Source: Marinobacter sp. (GTDB lineage Bacteria > Pseudomonadota > Gammaproteobacteria > Pseudomonadales > Oleiphilaceae). From it: a DNA stretch of 64,000 nt. The position numbers and the translations under genes were made by a program. The number at the start of each line of letters is the position of its first letter. The stretch's first letter is position 1. The DNA is taken from positions 10,475 through 74,474 of the forward strand of contig NZ_JBBDSR010000070.1 in assembly GCF_040904845.1 (NCBI RefSeq), in the 5' to 3' direction. The notes beneath the pieces were generated by a model. The model was not told the origin of the DNA, made no database searches, and saw only the letters and a program-made list of their open reading frames with translations. Shown here in pieces: positions 21,903-31,249 of this stretch.

Positions 21903-23180
21903 GTGACAAACCGACTGTTCTTGCGCTGCCTGACCCTGATGTCTGCCTTTGCCGTGATAGCCGGGTGTTCCGTGAACCCGGTCACCGGGGAAAAACAGTT
22001 GTCCCTGATTCCTGAAAGCCAGGAACTGTCCATGGGCGCGGAGCAATACACCCCGACTCAGCAAACCCAGGGCGGCCAGTTCTATCTCGATCCGGAACTG
22101 ACGGTGTACGTGCGCGAGGTGGGCCAGAAACTCGCCGCGGTCAGCGATCGCCCCGACCTGCCCTATGAATTTGTGGTGCTTAACAGCAACGTGCCCAACG
22201 CCTGGGCCTTGCCCGGGGGCAAGATTGCCATCAACCGTGGGTTACTGACGGAGTTGGAGGATGAGGCTCAGTTGGCGTCGGTACTCGGGCACGAGATTGT
22301 CCACGCCGCTGCCAGACACAGCGTCCAGCGCATGCAGAAAGGTATGTTGGTCAATGCAGGCGTTGCCGGGCTGGGCTTTGCGCTGTCTGATAATGAATGG
22401 GGCGGATTGCTGATGGGCGGCGCGGCCTTGGGTGCCCAGCTTGCCATGGCGCAGTACAGCCAGGGCGATGAACTGGAATCGGACCACTACGGCATCGAAT
22501 ACATGGTGGAAGTGGGGTATGACCCGCAAGCCGCAGTGGAATTGCAGGAACTTTTCCTGAAGCTGTCTGAAGGCCGGCAATCAAACTTCGTCGAGGGCCT
22601 GTTTGCCAGCCACCCTCCCTCCCAGAAGCGGGTTGAGGAAAACCGAAAACGGGTCAGAGAGCTGGGCGTTAATGGCAAGCGCAACAAGGATGTGTACGAT
22701 CGGAAACTGGCCAAGGCCCGTGACCTGCAGCCCGCCTATGACGCTCATGAAGCTGCTCTGAAACTTGCAAGCGACGGCAACATGAGCGCGGCTCTGGGAA
22801 AAATCAATGAAGCCATCAAACTTGAGTCGGGCGAAGCCATGTTCTTCGCGCTCAGGGGCCGTATCTACGAAGAGCTGGACGAACAGACCAAGGCCGAAAA
22901 GGATTTCGACAAGGCGGTGGCGCTCTACCCCGAAATGTTCAGCTACCGGCTGCACAATGGCCTGAACGCTCTGGACCAGAACAAGCTCGACAAAGCCAAG
23001 GAGAATCTCAGCAAGGCCAACGAAGTGGTGCCCACCTCCATTGCTTTCCTGCGCCTTGGTGATGTGGCGGTCAAGCAGAACCGCCGCGAGGAGGCCATTC
23101 AGTATTACAGCACGGCGGCCAAAGCCGAGGGTGACGTGGCCGAAGAGGCCAGGCGCAAGCTGGCAAACCTGACGAACTAG
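21903..23180 (+). CDS. M48-family zinc metallopeptidase lipoprotein with C-terminal TPR repeats
   Basis: Lipobox AVIAGC, HEIVHAAARH zinc motif, ELESDHYG, and TPR-like repeats at the C-terminus. GTG start with AGGAG Shine-Dalgarno. Confidence 0.8.
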   Translation: MTNRLFLRCLTLMSAFAVIAGCSVNPVTGEKQLSLIPESQELSMGAEQYTPTQQTQGGQFYLDPELTVYVREVGQKLAAVSDRPDLPYEFVVLNSNVPNAWALPGGKIAINRGLLTELEDEAQLASVLGHEIVHAAARHSVQRMQKGMLVNAGVAGLGFALSDNEWGGLLMGGAALGAQLAMAQYSQGDELESDHYGIEYMVEVGYDPQAAVELQELFLKLSEGRQSNFVEGLFASHPPSQKRVEENRKRVRELGVNGKRNKDVYDRKLAKARDLQPAYDAHEAALKLASDGNMSAALGKINEAIKLESGEAMFFALRGRIYEELDEQTKAEKDFDKAVALYPEMFSYRLHNGLNALDQNKLDKAKENLSKANEVVPTSIAFLRLGDVAVKQNRREEAIQYYSTAAKAEGDVAEEARRKLANLTN

Positions 23181-23198
23181 GCAAATCGTACGATTAGA

Positions 23199-23226
23199 AA
23201 GGCCCGGCACACGCCGGGCTTTTTCG
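23199..23226 (+). terminator. Rho-independent terminator after the M48 peptidase gene
   Basis: GCCCGGC-ACAC-GCCGGGC followed by TTTTT. Confidence 0.8.
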
Positions 23227-23298
23227 TGTTCACCGCTGATTTTTCAGAATTTTCCATGAAGTTGCCCTACTGACGCAAAAACCATGTCACCGTCCGCA

Positions 23299-23326
23299 TT
23301 GACTTTTAGAGCAATAACTCTAAAAA
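23299..23326 (+). promoter_or_regulatory. Sigma70-like promoter overlapped by a perfect 8-bp inverted repeat (candidate operator)
   Basis: TTGACT (23299-23304), 16-nt spacer, TAAAAT (23321-23326). TTTTAGAG-CAATAA-CTCTAAAA palindrome at 23304-23325. Confidence 0.4.
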
Positions 23327-23359
23327 TTAGGTTACATCAACAACAATCGGACGATTGCC

Positions 23360-23905
23360 ATGTTAGCGAAACGTATCCAACCGATGGTTTTCCAGGCCAG
23401 ACGCCTTTACGTGGAACTGATGTTCCAGGTCATGGGCCGCGCGCTTCAGGCCGTCAGTGAGGTGGATGCCACAGTCCAGAAGGAAGCCCAAGGCCTGCCG
23501 GACGGTTTTCTGTTTGAAATGATGGTTATGCCCGAAGGTTCCAATCTGATCGTTGAGCATACCGGTAGCGGTCGTTTTCTTTATCACGGCACTACCGCGC
23601 CGCGCCCGGTGGACCTTTCCATCCAGTTCAAACACGTTGCCCACGCCTTTCTGGTGCTGTCTTTCCAGGAAAAAACATCGGTCGCCTTCGCCCACGACCG
23701 GATGCTGGTGGATGGTGATATCAGCTACGCCATTCGCATGACGCGGGTACTGAACCGTCTTGAATCCTTTATTCTGCCCCGGCTAGTCGCCAAGCGTGCG
23801 GTAAAGGAATACCCCGCTAATCTGCACCTGCCAGAAAAGCTGATCAGTGCGGCACGAATTTACCTCAAGGTTGCAACCCATTTTGTGGAAACGGTGAGAG
23901 CATAA
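23360..23905 (+). CDS. Hypothetical protein, possibly SCP2/sterol-carrier-like lipid-binding fold
   Basis: C-terminal ..AFAHDRMLVDGDISYAIRMTRVLN resembles the SCP2 GD..A..L pattern. Its stop overlaps the ADH start (TAATG). Start codon is uncertain. Confidence 0.4.
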   Translation: MLAKRIQPMVFQARRLYVELMFQVMGRALQAVSEVDATVQKEAQGLPDGFLFEMMVMPEGSNLIVEHTGSGRFLYHGTTAPRPVDLSIQFKHVAHAFLVLSFQEKTSVAFAHDRMLVDGDISYAIRMTRVLNRLESFILPRLVAKRAVKEYPANLHLPEKLISAARIYLKVATHFVETVRA

Positions 23906-25092
23906 TGACGAACAAATACTATGAGTTCTTTTGCCCGGTTAAAGTCATCGCCGGTAAGTCTGCTCTGGAGCACATTCCCTATGAGCTGACGGGCATGGCC
24001 GCCAAACGCCCGATGATTGTGACCGACAAGGGCGTACGCGCCGCCGGCCTGCTCGACCCGGTTATTGCCGCCTGCGAGGAAAGCGGGCTGGAGATTGTCA
24101 GCATTTACGACGATGTTCCACCGGACTCCTCCACCTCGGTGGTCCGCGATATTGCTGGCGTCTATCGCAGTGAAAAGTGTGACTCGATCATTGCTGTCGG
24201 TGGCGGCTCCGCCATTGATACCGCCAAGGCCGTCAACATTCTGGTGTCGGAAGGCGGCGACGACATCTCAGTCTACACCGGGGCGGGCGTACTCAAGCGC
24301 CCGCTCAAGCCGTTCTTTGTGGTGCCAACAACCGCCGGCACCGGGTCCGAAGTCACCGCCGTGGCGGTGATCGCCGATACTGAAAAGCACGTCAAGCTGC
24401 CCTTCACTTCATCGTTCCTGTTGCCAAACGCGGCCATCATCGACCCGCGCATGACGCTCACGCTGCCGCCCCACATTACCGCAGCGACGGCTATGGACGC
24501 CCTCACCCACGCCACCGAGGCTTTCACCTGCATGGGTAAAAACCCCCTCAGTGATGCCTATGCCACGGCAGCGATCAAAAAGATCAGCACCTCTTTGCTG
24601 GCGGTGATGGATAACCCCAAAGACGCCGATGGCCGGCTGGAGCTTGCGCAGGCCTCCACCATGGCGGGCATTGCTTTTTCTAACTCCATGGTAGGTCTGG
24701 TGCACGCGCTTGGCCACGCCACCGGCGCTATCTGCCAGCTTCCGCACGGTCTGTGCATGAGCCTGTACATGCCCTATGTGCTGGAATATAACCTTGAGTC
24801 GATTCGCGAACCGTTGGGTGAGCTGCTGCTATATCTGGACGGCCCGGAGGTCTACGCTGCCACACCCTCGTCCCGCCGTGCAGAAGCCAGCATTTCAGCC
24901 ATCCGCCGCCTGCGAGACGCGCTCTACAAGCACTGCAAGCTGCCGCGCACTCTGAAAGAGACCGGTAAGGTCACGGAAAGTCAGTTGGAACAAATTGCCG
25001 ACCTGGCCCTGGATGACGGCGCTATTATGTTCAACCCCAAGGAAGTCAGCCTGGAGGACGCCCGGGCGGTGTTGCGCCGGGCCTGGGCCTGA
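23905..25092 (+). CDS. Iron-containing (group III) alcohol dehydrogenase
   Basis: Fe-ADH signatures are present: GGGSAIDTAKA, PTTAGTGSEVT, and His-rich metal-site regions (HALGH). Confidence 0.9.
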   Translation: MTNKYYEFFCPVKVIAGKSALEHIPYELTGMAAKRPMIVTDKGVRAAGLLDPVIAACEESGLEIVSIYDDVPPDSSTSVVRDIAGVYRSEKCDSIIAVGGGSAIDTAKAVNILVSEGGDDISVYTGAGVLKRPLKPFFVVPTTAGTGSEVTAVAVIADTEKHVKLPFTSSFLLPNAAIIDPRMTLTLPPHITAATAMDALTHATEAFTCMGKNPLSDAYATAAIKKISTSLLAVMDNPKDADGRLELAQASTMAGIAFSNSMVGLVHALGHATGAICQLPHGLCMSLYMPYVLEYNLESIREPLGELLLYLDGPEVYAATPSSRRAEASISAIRRLRDALYKHCKLPRTLKETGKVTESQLEQIADLALDDGAIMFNPKEVSLEDARAVLRRAWA

Positions 25093-25109
25093 AAATCAGC
25101 AGATCGTCA

Positions 25110-25140
25110 GGTGCCCGGATATCCGGGCACCGTTTTTCTC
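25110..25140 (+). terminator. Rho-independent terminator after the ADH gene
   Basis: GGTGCCCGG-ATAT-CCGGGCACC followed by GTTTTTCTC. Confidence 0.85.
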
Positions 25141-25269
25141 ATCATGCATAAAGTATCTTCTTTTTCTCAATCTGCATAAATAATCATTGAAACGGCCTTA
25201 CGATAAAGTAACAATTGGCGAGTTATTGGCAGGGATGTAGCCGAGTTAGCACCACGTACCAACATCGGG

Positions 25270-26067
25270 ATGCCCCAATCTATGCCAACCAAGTCACTTT
25301 CCCATCGCATTGCACTTCACGCGTTATCCTTAATCGGTTTTTTGATCAGTAGCTCTCTTTTCTTTTCCGTCCTTGCCAACTCCAGCGAGCAAGACCGTGT
25401 CCTGCGCTTTAATGTGTCGCCCAACGGCTACCCTCCCTACCTGATCGTTGAAGACAACAAATCAGCCGGCATCATATGGGACGTGGTTAGTGTGATTGCC
25501 GACCGGATTGGCTATACCGTCGTTCCCGAGCAGATTCCGCGCAAGCGCGTTGACGCCATGCTGCTGGAAGGTCGTATCGATGCCACTTCGCGCGCCATCG
25601 AATGGACAGACAACCCAGACCGCTTTCTGTTCACCGATGCCATTGTTCCGCTCGAGGAAGTGCTGTTCATTCCCGCCAGTTCCCAGCTTGGCTACCAAAA
25701 GCCGGAAGACCTGTTTTCCAGAACGGTTGTGACCCATCTGGGCTATTCATACCCCGCTCTGGAGACACACTTTGAATCCGGCAACATCAAACGCTTTGAT
25801 GTGTCCCGTGATCGGGATATGTTCAGGTTTGTGGTGCACGGTCAGCATTTTGATGCCGCCATCGCCGACCGCCTGGTGGGCCAGTGGATTCTGAAAAATG
25901 AAGGATTGCAGGGCGAGTTCCGTATCTCTAAAGAGAGCATCAGTAACTACCCCTTCCGCCTGATGCTCCGTAAAGACTGGACTGATTTTGCCGATCGGTT
26001 TAACGCGGAGCTCGCCGTCATTCAGGAAAACGGCGAGCTGGAAGCGATTCTTTCAGAGTACCGATAA
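25270..26067 (+). CDS. Orphan family-3 solute-binding-protein-like periplasmic protein
   Basis: N-terminal hydrophobic anchor/signal and a bacterial extracellular SBP family 3-like pattern (YPPY..., RIDA). No adjacent permease or ATPase. Confidence 0.6.
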   Translation: MPQSMPTKSLSHRIALHALSLIGFLISSSLFFSVLANSSEQDRVLRFNVSPNGYPPYLIVEDNKSAGIIWDVVSVIADRIGYTVVPEQIPRKRVDAMLLEGRIDATSRAIEWTDNPDRFLFTDAIVPLEEVLFIPASSQLGYQKPEDLFSRTVVTHLGYSYPALETHFESGNIKRFDVSRDRDMFRFVVHGQHFDAAIADRLVGQWILKNEGLQGEFRISKESISNYPFRLMLRKDWTDFADRFNAELAVIQENGELEAILSEYR

Positions 26068-26076
26068 GCGCCCGGA

Positions 26077-28563
26077 TTATTCCAGGCGCCTGAGCAGCAG
26101 CATCGGTGAAACATTCAGCACAGGTCGCAACTGCCAGCGTCCGAACAACGCCAAAACGATGGCGCTGAAGACCGGTATCGGCAAAACCACCGACCAGTGC
26201 CACTGGAACTGCCCTTCGAACATGCGGAACTGCAGGGCCCAGACCGCAGCTTCCGCCGCTATCACCCCGAGTATCCCGGCAAACAGCCCGAGCAGCGCAA
26301 ACTCCAGCATCGTGCTGCGCACCAGCAGGGACTGACGCCCCCCCAATGTTCTCAGCAACGCGCCTTCCCGCTGGCGATCCTGCAGGGTGGCGCTGACTAC
26401 CGCAGCCATCACCACCAGCGCCGCGGCCAGGATCAGGGCCAGAATGGCTTCAATGGCCTGGGTAACCTGCTGAACAATAGCCTGAATGCGCTGGATAATA
26501 TGATCGATCTCCAGCACGGACACGGTGGGATACTCCCGCGAAAACTCGTTCAGCATCGACTTGTCGCCACCGGGCAGGTAGAAGCTGGTGATCCACGTAG
26601 CGGGCATATCCTCCAGCCCACCACCAGGTGGAAACGCCATGTAGAAGTTCGGTTTCATGCTGTCCCACTGCACCGTGCGTATGCTGGTAACCGGCTCAGT
26701 TACTTTGTCGGAACCAATGGTGAACGTCAGCTCGTCACCTACTCTCAGGCCCAGTTTTTCCGCCAGCTCGGCCTCCACTGACACGCCCGTGGTGTCGCCC
26801 GATTCGAACCACTCACCCTCGATGATTTCGTTGTCATCCGGTAACGAGTCCATCCAGGTCAGGTTCAGTTCACGGTTAATCGCACCGACCCGTTCGTCCT
26901 TGGTCACCGATTCTTTCACGGGGTCTCCGTTCAATTCGGTGAACCGTCCCCGCACCATGGGATACAAGGTGTCCAACGGCTGCCCACGGGTCTGCCAGAA
27001 CTCATCGATCTCATTGACAGCATCCGGCGCGATGTTGATCAGGAAATGGTTGGGGGTGTCTTCAGGCAACTGGTCCTGCCAGTCTGCGAGCAGTGAGGTT
27101 CTGACCAGAATCAGCGTGGCCGCCAGCATAAGCGTCATCGCAAACACCGCGATCTGGGACAGGCTTGCACGTCGGTGACGATACAATCCGACCAGCGCCA
27201 GACGCCAGGCATTACCGCCGCCGCTTATTTTTCGCAGGCTCAGCACCATGATCCAGCCCAGCAGTGCAAGGGTCCCCAATAACAGCGCCAGCCCGCCAAG
27301 CAGGGCCAGTACCAGGGATATTTCGCCCGCGTACATCCATACCAGGCCGAATACCGCCAATACCGCAATGACCACATCGGGCAAGGCCTCCCGGCCGGAT
27401 TCACCGGGCTGGGACCGCAACACCCTCATGGCCGGCACATGACGTAGCCGGCGAATGGGCGGATAGGCAAAGGCAAACAGCGACACCAAGGCCGTCAGCA
27501 ACGCAGGCACCAGAGCCCCGGGGTCAACCTGATAGTCCACCGAGCGGTCCAGCACATCGCTGAGCAGCTTGGAGAGCAACCAGTACAGCGGCAAGGCAAT
27601 AATCAGCCCACCAACCGCACCGGCCACTCCCCACAGCCCGAGGCGTTTCAGATACAACTTGCCAATGCCGCGGCTGCGAACGCCCAATGTTTTGAGCAAC
27701 GCGACAGTGTCCCGCTGTGACAGCGCGTATTGCCGGCTGGCAACGGCGACTGCGACAGCCGCCAGCATCACCGCCAGGCTACCGCCAAGCAACAGGAAGC
27801 GCTCCGCGCGCTGAAGAGATTGGGAGAAGGTTTCCCCGTCCCGCACCCCTTCCCATTCATGGCTGGGTTCCAGCTGCGGCTCCAGCCATTGATAGTAGGA
27901 TTCCAGCGCCGACTCTTCTCCGGCGAACAGGTAAATGTACTCCACCCGGCTGCCTTCTTGCAGAACGCCGGTCTCCGGTATGTCGTCCACGTGCATCATC
28001 ACCCTAGGGGCCAGCGCCGACAGCCGAAAACCACCATCGGGCTCACGGACCAACAGGCCAGAGACCGTCAGCTCCAGATTACCCACCTCCAGAGCGTCAC
28101 CCACTTCTATATCCAACAGCCTGAGCAGCCTGGGGTTGATCCAGACCTCCCCTGACCCGGGGCCTTGCGACACCACTTGCCGGGGCTCATCAGGGCCACG
28201 CTGGTATTCGATTTGTCCGCGCAGCGGGTACTCGTTACTGACCCCCTTGATCGATACCAACTGGTAGCTGTCCGCCCCGAAAACCATGGTTGAGAATTCA
28301 ACCATCTGACCGGTTTCCAATTGACGATTCTTTGCTTCGGCAAGCCAGGCCTCAGGAACAGGCCGGCCGTTCTCTGCTTCGAGCTGGCGATCAGCGGCCA
28401 GGAACGAACTGGCGGATGTCACCAGAGTACGCTGCAACTGGCTGGCGAACAGGGCGATGGTGGCAACCGTAGCAACTGCGATCATCAGCGCAGCCAGCAC
28501 CACGCGAACATCGCGCTCGCGCCAGTCACGCCGAATGGACATGAGTTTCTGGGACGCAGCCAT
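26077..28563 (-). CDS. ybbP: ABC transporter permease with two FtsX-type modules (YbbP-like)
   Basis: 828 aa with two FtsX-like 4-TM modules, each preceded by a large extracytoplasmic domain. Its ATG overlaps the ybbA stop (ATGA). Confidence 0.8.
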   Translation of the reverse strand: MAASQKLMSIRRDWRERDVRVVLAALMIAVATVATIALFASQLQRTLVTSASSFLAADRQLEAENGRPVPEAWLAEAKNRQLETGQMVEFSTMVFGADSYQLVSIKGVSNEYPLRGQIEYQRGPDEPRQVVSQGPGSGEVWINPRLLRLLDIEVGDALEVGNLELTVSGLLVREPDGGFRLSALAPRVMMHVDDIPETGVLQEGSRVEYIYLFAGEESALESYYQWLEPQLEPSHEWEGVRDGETFSQSLQRAERFLLLGGSLAVMLAAVAVAVASRQYALSQRDTVALLKTLGVRSRGIGKLYLKRLGLWGVAGAVGGLIIALPLYWLLSKLLSDVLDRSVDYQVDPGALVPALLTALVSLFAFAYPPIRRLRHVPAMRVLRSQPGESGREALPDVVIAVLAVFGLVWMYAGEISLVLALLGGLALLLGTLALLGWIMVLSLRKISGGGNAWRLALVGLYRHRRASLSQIAVFAMTLMLAATLILVRTSLLADWQDQLPEDTPNHFLINIAPDAVNEIDEFWQTRGQPLDTLYPMVRGRFTELNGDPVKESVTKDERVGAINRELNLTWMDSLPDDNEIIEGEWFESGDTTGVSVEAELAEKLGLRVGDELTFTIGSDKVTEPVTSIRTVQWDSMKPNFYMAFPPGGGLEDMPATWITSFYLPGGDKSMLNEFSREYPTVSVLEIDHIIQRIQAIVQQVTQAIEAILALILAAALVVMAAVVSATLQDRQREGALLRTLGGRQSLLVRSTMLEFALLGLFAGILGVIAAEAAVWALQFRMFEGQFQWHWSVVLPIPVFSAIVLALFGRWQLRPVLNVSPMLLLRRLE

Positions 28564-29300
28564 CAGGACACCGGCTCCTCTGTGTTGGCCGCGTCTGGCT
28601 CAGTCAGGATGCCAGCCTCAATGTTGAATTGCCTGCCACAGCGCACCGCCAGGTGTTCATCGTGGGTCACCATCACCAGGGTGGTGCCCTGCTCCCGGTT
28701 GAGCGCCATCAGCAGGTCAGACACCGCCTGACCCGTGCGGTTGTCGAGGTTGCCCGTAGGCTCATCCGCAAACAGCACGACCGGATCTGACGCGAAGGCC
28801 CGCGCGATCGCTACCCGCTGCTGCTCCCCGCCGGATAGCTGCCGCGGAGTGTGGTTGAGGCGTTCGCCCAGGCCCACGCGCTCAAGCAGTTCCCGCGCTT
28901 TTTTCGCGGGCGCATCCATGCCACCCAGTTCGAGCGGCAACATAACATTCTCCAGCGCCGTCAACGCCGGCAGCAGCTGGAAAGACTGAAACACAAAACC
29001 GACCCGCTGTGCCCGAAGTTTTGCACGCTCGTCTTCGGACAGTTTGCTGATAAGGGCACCGTCGAGCGCCACCGTGCCTTCCGTTGGGGTATCCAGCCCA
29101 GCCAGCAGACCCAGCAAAGTGGTTTTACCTGAGCCGGACCGGCCGACAATCGCTACGGACTCTCCACGATTGATTTCCAGACTGACCCCCTGCAAGATCG
29201 TCAACGTATCGGTTTCGAGCCGGACTCTATGAGTCAGGTTGCTGACTTTTAGCATAGGTTTGTACTGCCCTTGAGTAGGAACGTCGGTCAGGTTGCTCAC
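28563..29300 (-). CDS. ybbA: ABC transporter ATP-binding protein (YbbA-like, MacB/LolD-type)
   Basis: Walker [10 protein letters not shown], signature LSGGEQQRV, Walker [16 protein letters not shown] 29300 has a GGAGA Shine-Dalgarno; ATG 29255 is an alternative start. Confidence 0.85.
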   Translation of the reverse strand: MSNLTDVPTQGQYKPMLKVSNLTHRVRLETDTLTILQGVSLEINRGESVAIVGRSGSGKTTLLGLLAGLDTPTEGTVALDGALISKLSEDERAKLRAQRVGFVFQSFQLLPALTALENVMLPLELGGMDAPAKKARELLERVGLGERLNHTPRQLSGGEQQRVAIARAFASDPVVLFADEPTGNLDNRTGQAVSDLLMALNREQGTTLVMVTHDEHLAVRCGRQFNIEAGILTEPDAANTEEPVS

Positions 29301-29339
29301 GAATTCTCCATCGGTTTTACGTCTTTAAACAGGTTGTCT

Positions 29340-29984
29340 ATGGATACGGTATTTTTACGTCTGAGATCAATAGTTTTCGTCGCTTTTCTTTGCGTCTTTA
29401 CACAAGCCCAAGCCAATCAGGGTGAGACTTCCGATACTACCTTATTGATCGTCGGAGACAGCCTCAGCGCCGCCTACGGCGTGCAATCGGATGAAGCCTG
29501 GGTCGCGCTGCTGCGCAACCGGCTTGACGCCGAGGGCCTGGGTAACTGGCAGGTCGTCAATGCCAGCATCAGTGGTGAAACCACCGACGGCGGTCTGCGC
29601 CGCCTGCCTGACCTGCTCGATGAAAATACGCCCGATGTGGTAGTCATCGAGCTGGGCGGCAACGACGGCCTGCGCGGCTTCCCCCCGAATGTGATCGAAG
29701 AAAACCTGGCAAAAATGATTGAACAGGTCCGTGAATCCGGTGCCCACACCCTGCTGGTCGGCATGCAGATTCCACCGAATTACGGCGAACGCTATACCCG
29801 GGCGTTTGCGGACATATTCCCGAAACTGGCCGCACAGTATGACACCGGGCTGGTGGAGTTCTTTCTCGATGGCATCTACAACCAGGACGGCATGATGCAG
29901 GACGACGGCATTCACCCCACCGCCGAGGCGCAAAGCCAGTTGCTCACCAACATCTGGCCGCAGCTGGCACCGTTGTTAAAATAG
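29340..29984 (+). CDS. tesA: Exported SGNH/GDSL hydrolase, TesA-like (acyl-CoA thioesterase I / lysophospholipase L1)
   Basis: Signal peptide (FVAFLCVFTQAQA), GDSLSA catalytic-Ser block, GGNDG block and DGIHP block. Start trimmed to ATG 29340. Divergent from ybbA. Confidence 0.85.
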   Translation: MDTVFLRLRSIVFVAFLCVFTQAQANQGETSDTTLLIVGDSLSAAYGVQSDEAWVALLRNRLDAEGLGNWQVVNASISGETTDGGLRRLPDLLDENTPDVVVIELGGNDGLRGFPPNVIEENLAKMIEQVRESGAHTLLVGMQIPPNYGERYTRAFADIFPKLAAQYDTGLVEFFLDGIYNQDGMMQDDGIHPTAEAQSQLLTNIWPQLAPLLK

Positions 29985-30023
29985 ACCGTATGTCGGGATT
30001 GCCCGGCACACGCCTGGCTCTTC

Positions 30024-31046
30024 TTATTTCCTTTCGACCGAAGACCCGACCACCGACTGAACGTGGGCCACTGCACGGCGCTCCGACCAGTAGTAGCCAT
30101 CCCGGGCGTGTTCAACAAAACCCACGTGGCCACCCCAACGAGGAGCCTCCAACTGAACGTGCCGGCCCAGCAGCTCGCTGGACTCCGGAAAACACCGGGG
30201 CGACAGGAAAGGGTCATCCGCCGCATTCACCATCAGCGACGGCACCCGGATATCCTTCAGCTTACCCAGCGCGGAACAGCTGGACCAGTAGTCATCGGCA
30301 TCGCGAAAGCCATGAAGTGGCGCAGTGTACCGATTATCGAATTCGTGAAAATTACGAATAGTCTCGAAGCCGGTCACATCGATCTGTTCCGGAAACCGCG
30401 TGGCCTTCTCCTGCATCTTCCCCTGCAGGTCCCGGAGGAACCGTTGCATGTAGATTTTCCGGCTGGGCTTGGCGAGCTCATCGGCGCTGCCCGCCAGGTC
30501 ACAGGGCACCGAGTAGGCAACGGCCCCGCAAATCCGGCTGTCCACGTTCTCCGATTGCTGCCCCAAATACAGTAACGTGAGGTTTCCGCCCATACTGAAA
30601 CCGGACAGAAATAAGGCCCGATAATCCTTGGACAGGCCGTGGCGAACCACCCGATCCAGGTCTTCCGTGGCACCACTGTGATAGAACCGGGGTTGCAGGT
30701 TCATGACCCCGCCGCAGGAACGGAAGTTCCACGCCAGTACGTCCCAGCCTTCCGTCAGCAACGCACGAGCCATACCCAGAACATAGGGCCGGCGGCTATG
30801 GCCCTCAAGCCCATGAGAGAGGATCGCCAGCCGGTCACTGCCCTGGCGATACCAGTCCAGGTGTAGCTCGTCGTTATCACTGGTGGTCAGAACCTCGGTT
30901 TCCGGCTCGGCCATGGGCACTTTGCGAAATAACGTGGGCCACACCGATTGCAGGTGGCCGTTACGAAGCCAGGGCGGCGGCCGATATCGCAGTACACGCT
31001 TGCCGATATCGGGCGGAACCGGGTGGGGAGCAGACTGATAGTACAA
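30024..31046 (-). CDS. Alpha/beta-fold hydrolase, YheT-like
   Basis: LSHGLEGHSRRPY and the nucleophile-elbow GFSMGGN motif are present. Confidence 0.75.
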   Translation of the reverse strand: MYYQSAPHPVPPDIGKRVLRYRPPPWLRNGHLQSVWPTLFRKVPMAEPETEVLTTSDNDELHLDWYRQGSDRLAILSHGLEGHSRRPYVLGMARALLTEGWDVLAWNFRSCGGVMNLQPRFYHSGATEDLDRVVRHGLSKDYRALFLSGFSMGGNLTLLYLGQQSENVDSRICGAVAYSVPCDLAGSADELAKPSRKIYMQRFLRDLQGKMQEKATRFPEQIDVTGFETIRNFHEFDNRYTAPLHGFRDADDYWSSCSALGKLKDIRVPSLMVNAADDPFLSPRCFPESSELLGRHVQLEAPRWGGHVGFVEHARDGYYWSERRAVAHVQSVVGSSVERK

Positions 31047-31070
31047 ATTTTAACCTTTCAATTCAGAGGG

Positions 31071-31099
31071 TTGACCCTGGCGAATAAAGCCCTTAATAT
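31071..31099 (+). promoter_or_regulatory. Sigma70 promoter of tRNA-Asn copy 1
   Basis: TTGACC, 17-nt spacer, TAATAT, ending 18 nt upstream of the tRNA 5' end. Same architecture as the copy 2 promoter. Confidence 0.6.
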
Positions 31100-31116
31100 T
31101 CTCACCGCTAAGCTGT

Positions 31117-31192
31117 TCCCTGATAGCTCAGTTGGTAGAGCAACGGACTGTTAATCCGTTTGTCGCTGGTTCGAGCCCAGCTCGGGGAGCCA
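31117..31192 (+). tRNA. asnT: tRNA-Asn (anticodon GTT), CCA encoded
   Basis: 76-nt cloverleaf. Acceptor TCCCTGA/TCGGGGA, anticodon loop CTGTTAA, T-arm GCTGG-TTCGAGC-CCAGC, 3' GCCA. Confidence 0.95.
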
Positions 31193-31203
31193 CGTATTCC
31201 AAA

Positions 31204-31240
31204 ATGCCGCTGTTTCTGATGAAGCCAGCGGCATTTTTCG
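31204..31240 (+). terminator. Rho-independent terminator after tRNA-Asn copy 1
   Basis: TGCCGCTG...CAGCGGCA stem followed by TTTTTCGTTT. Confidence 0.75.
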
Positions 31241-31249
31241 TTTCAGACC

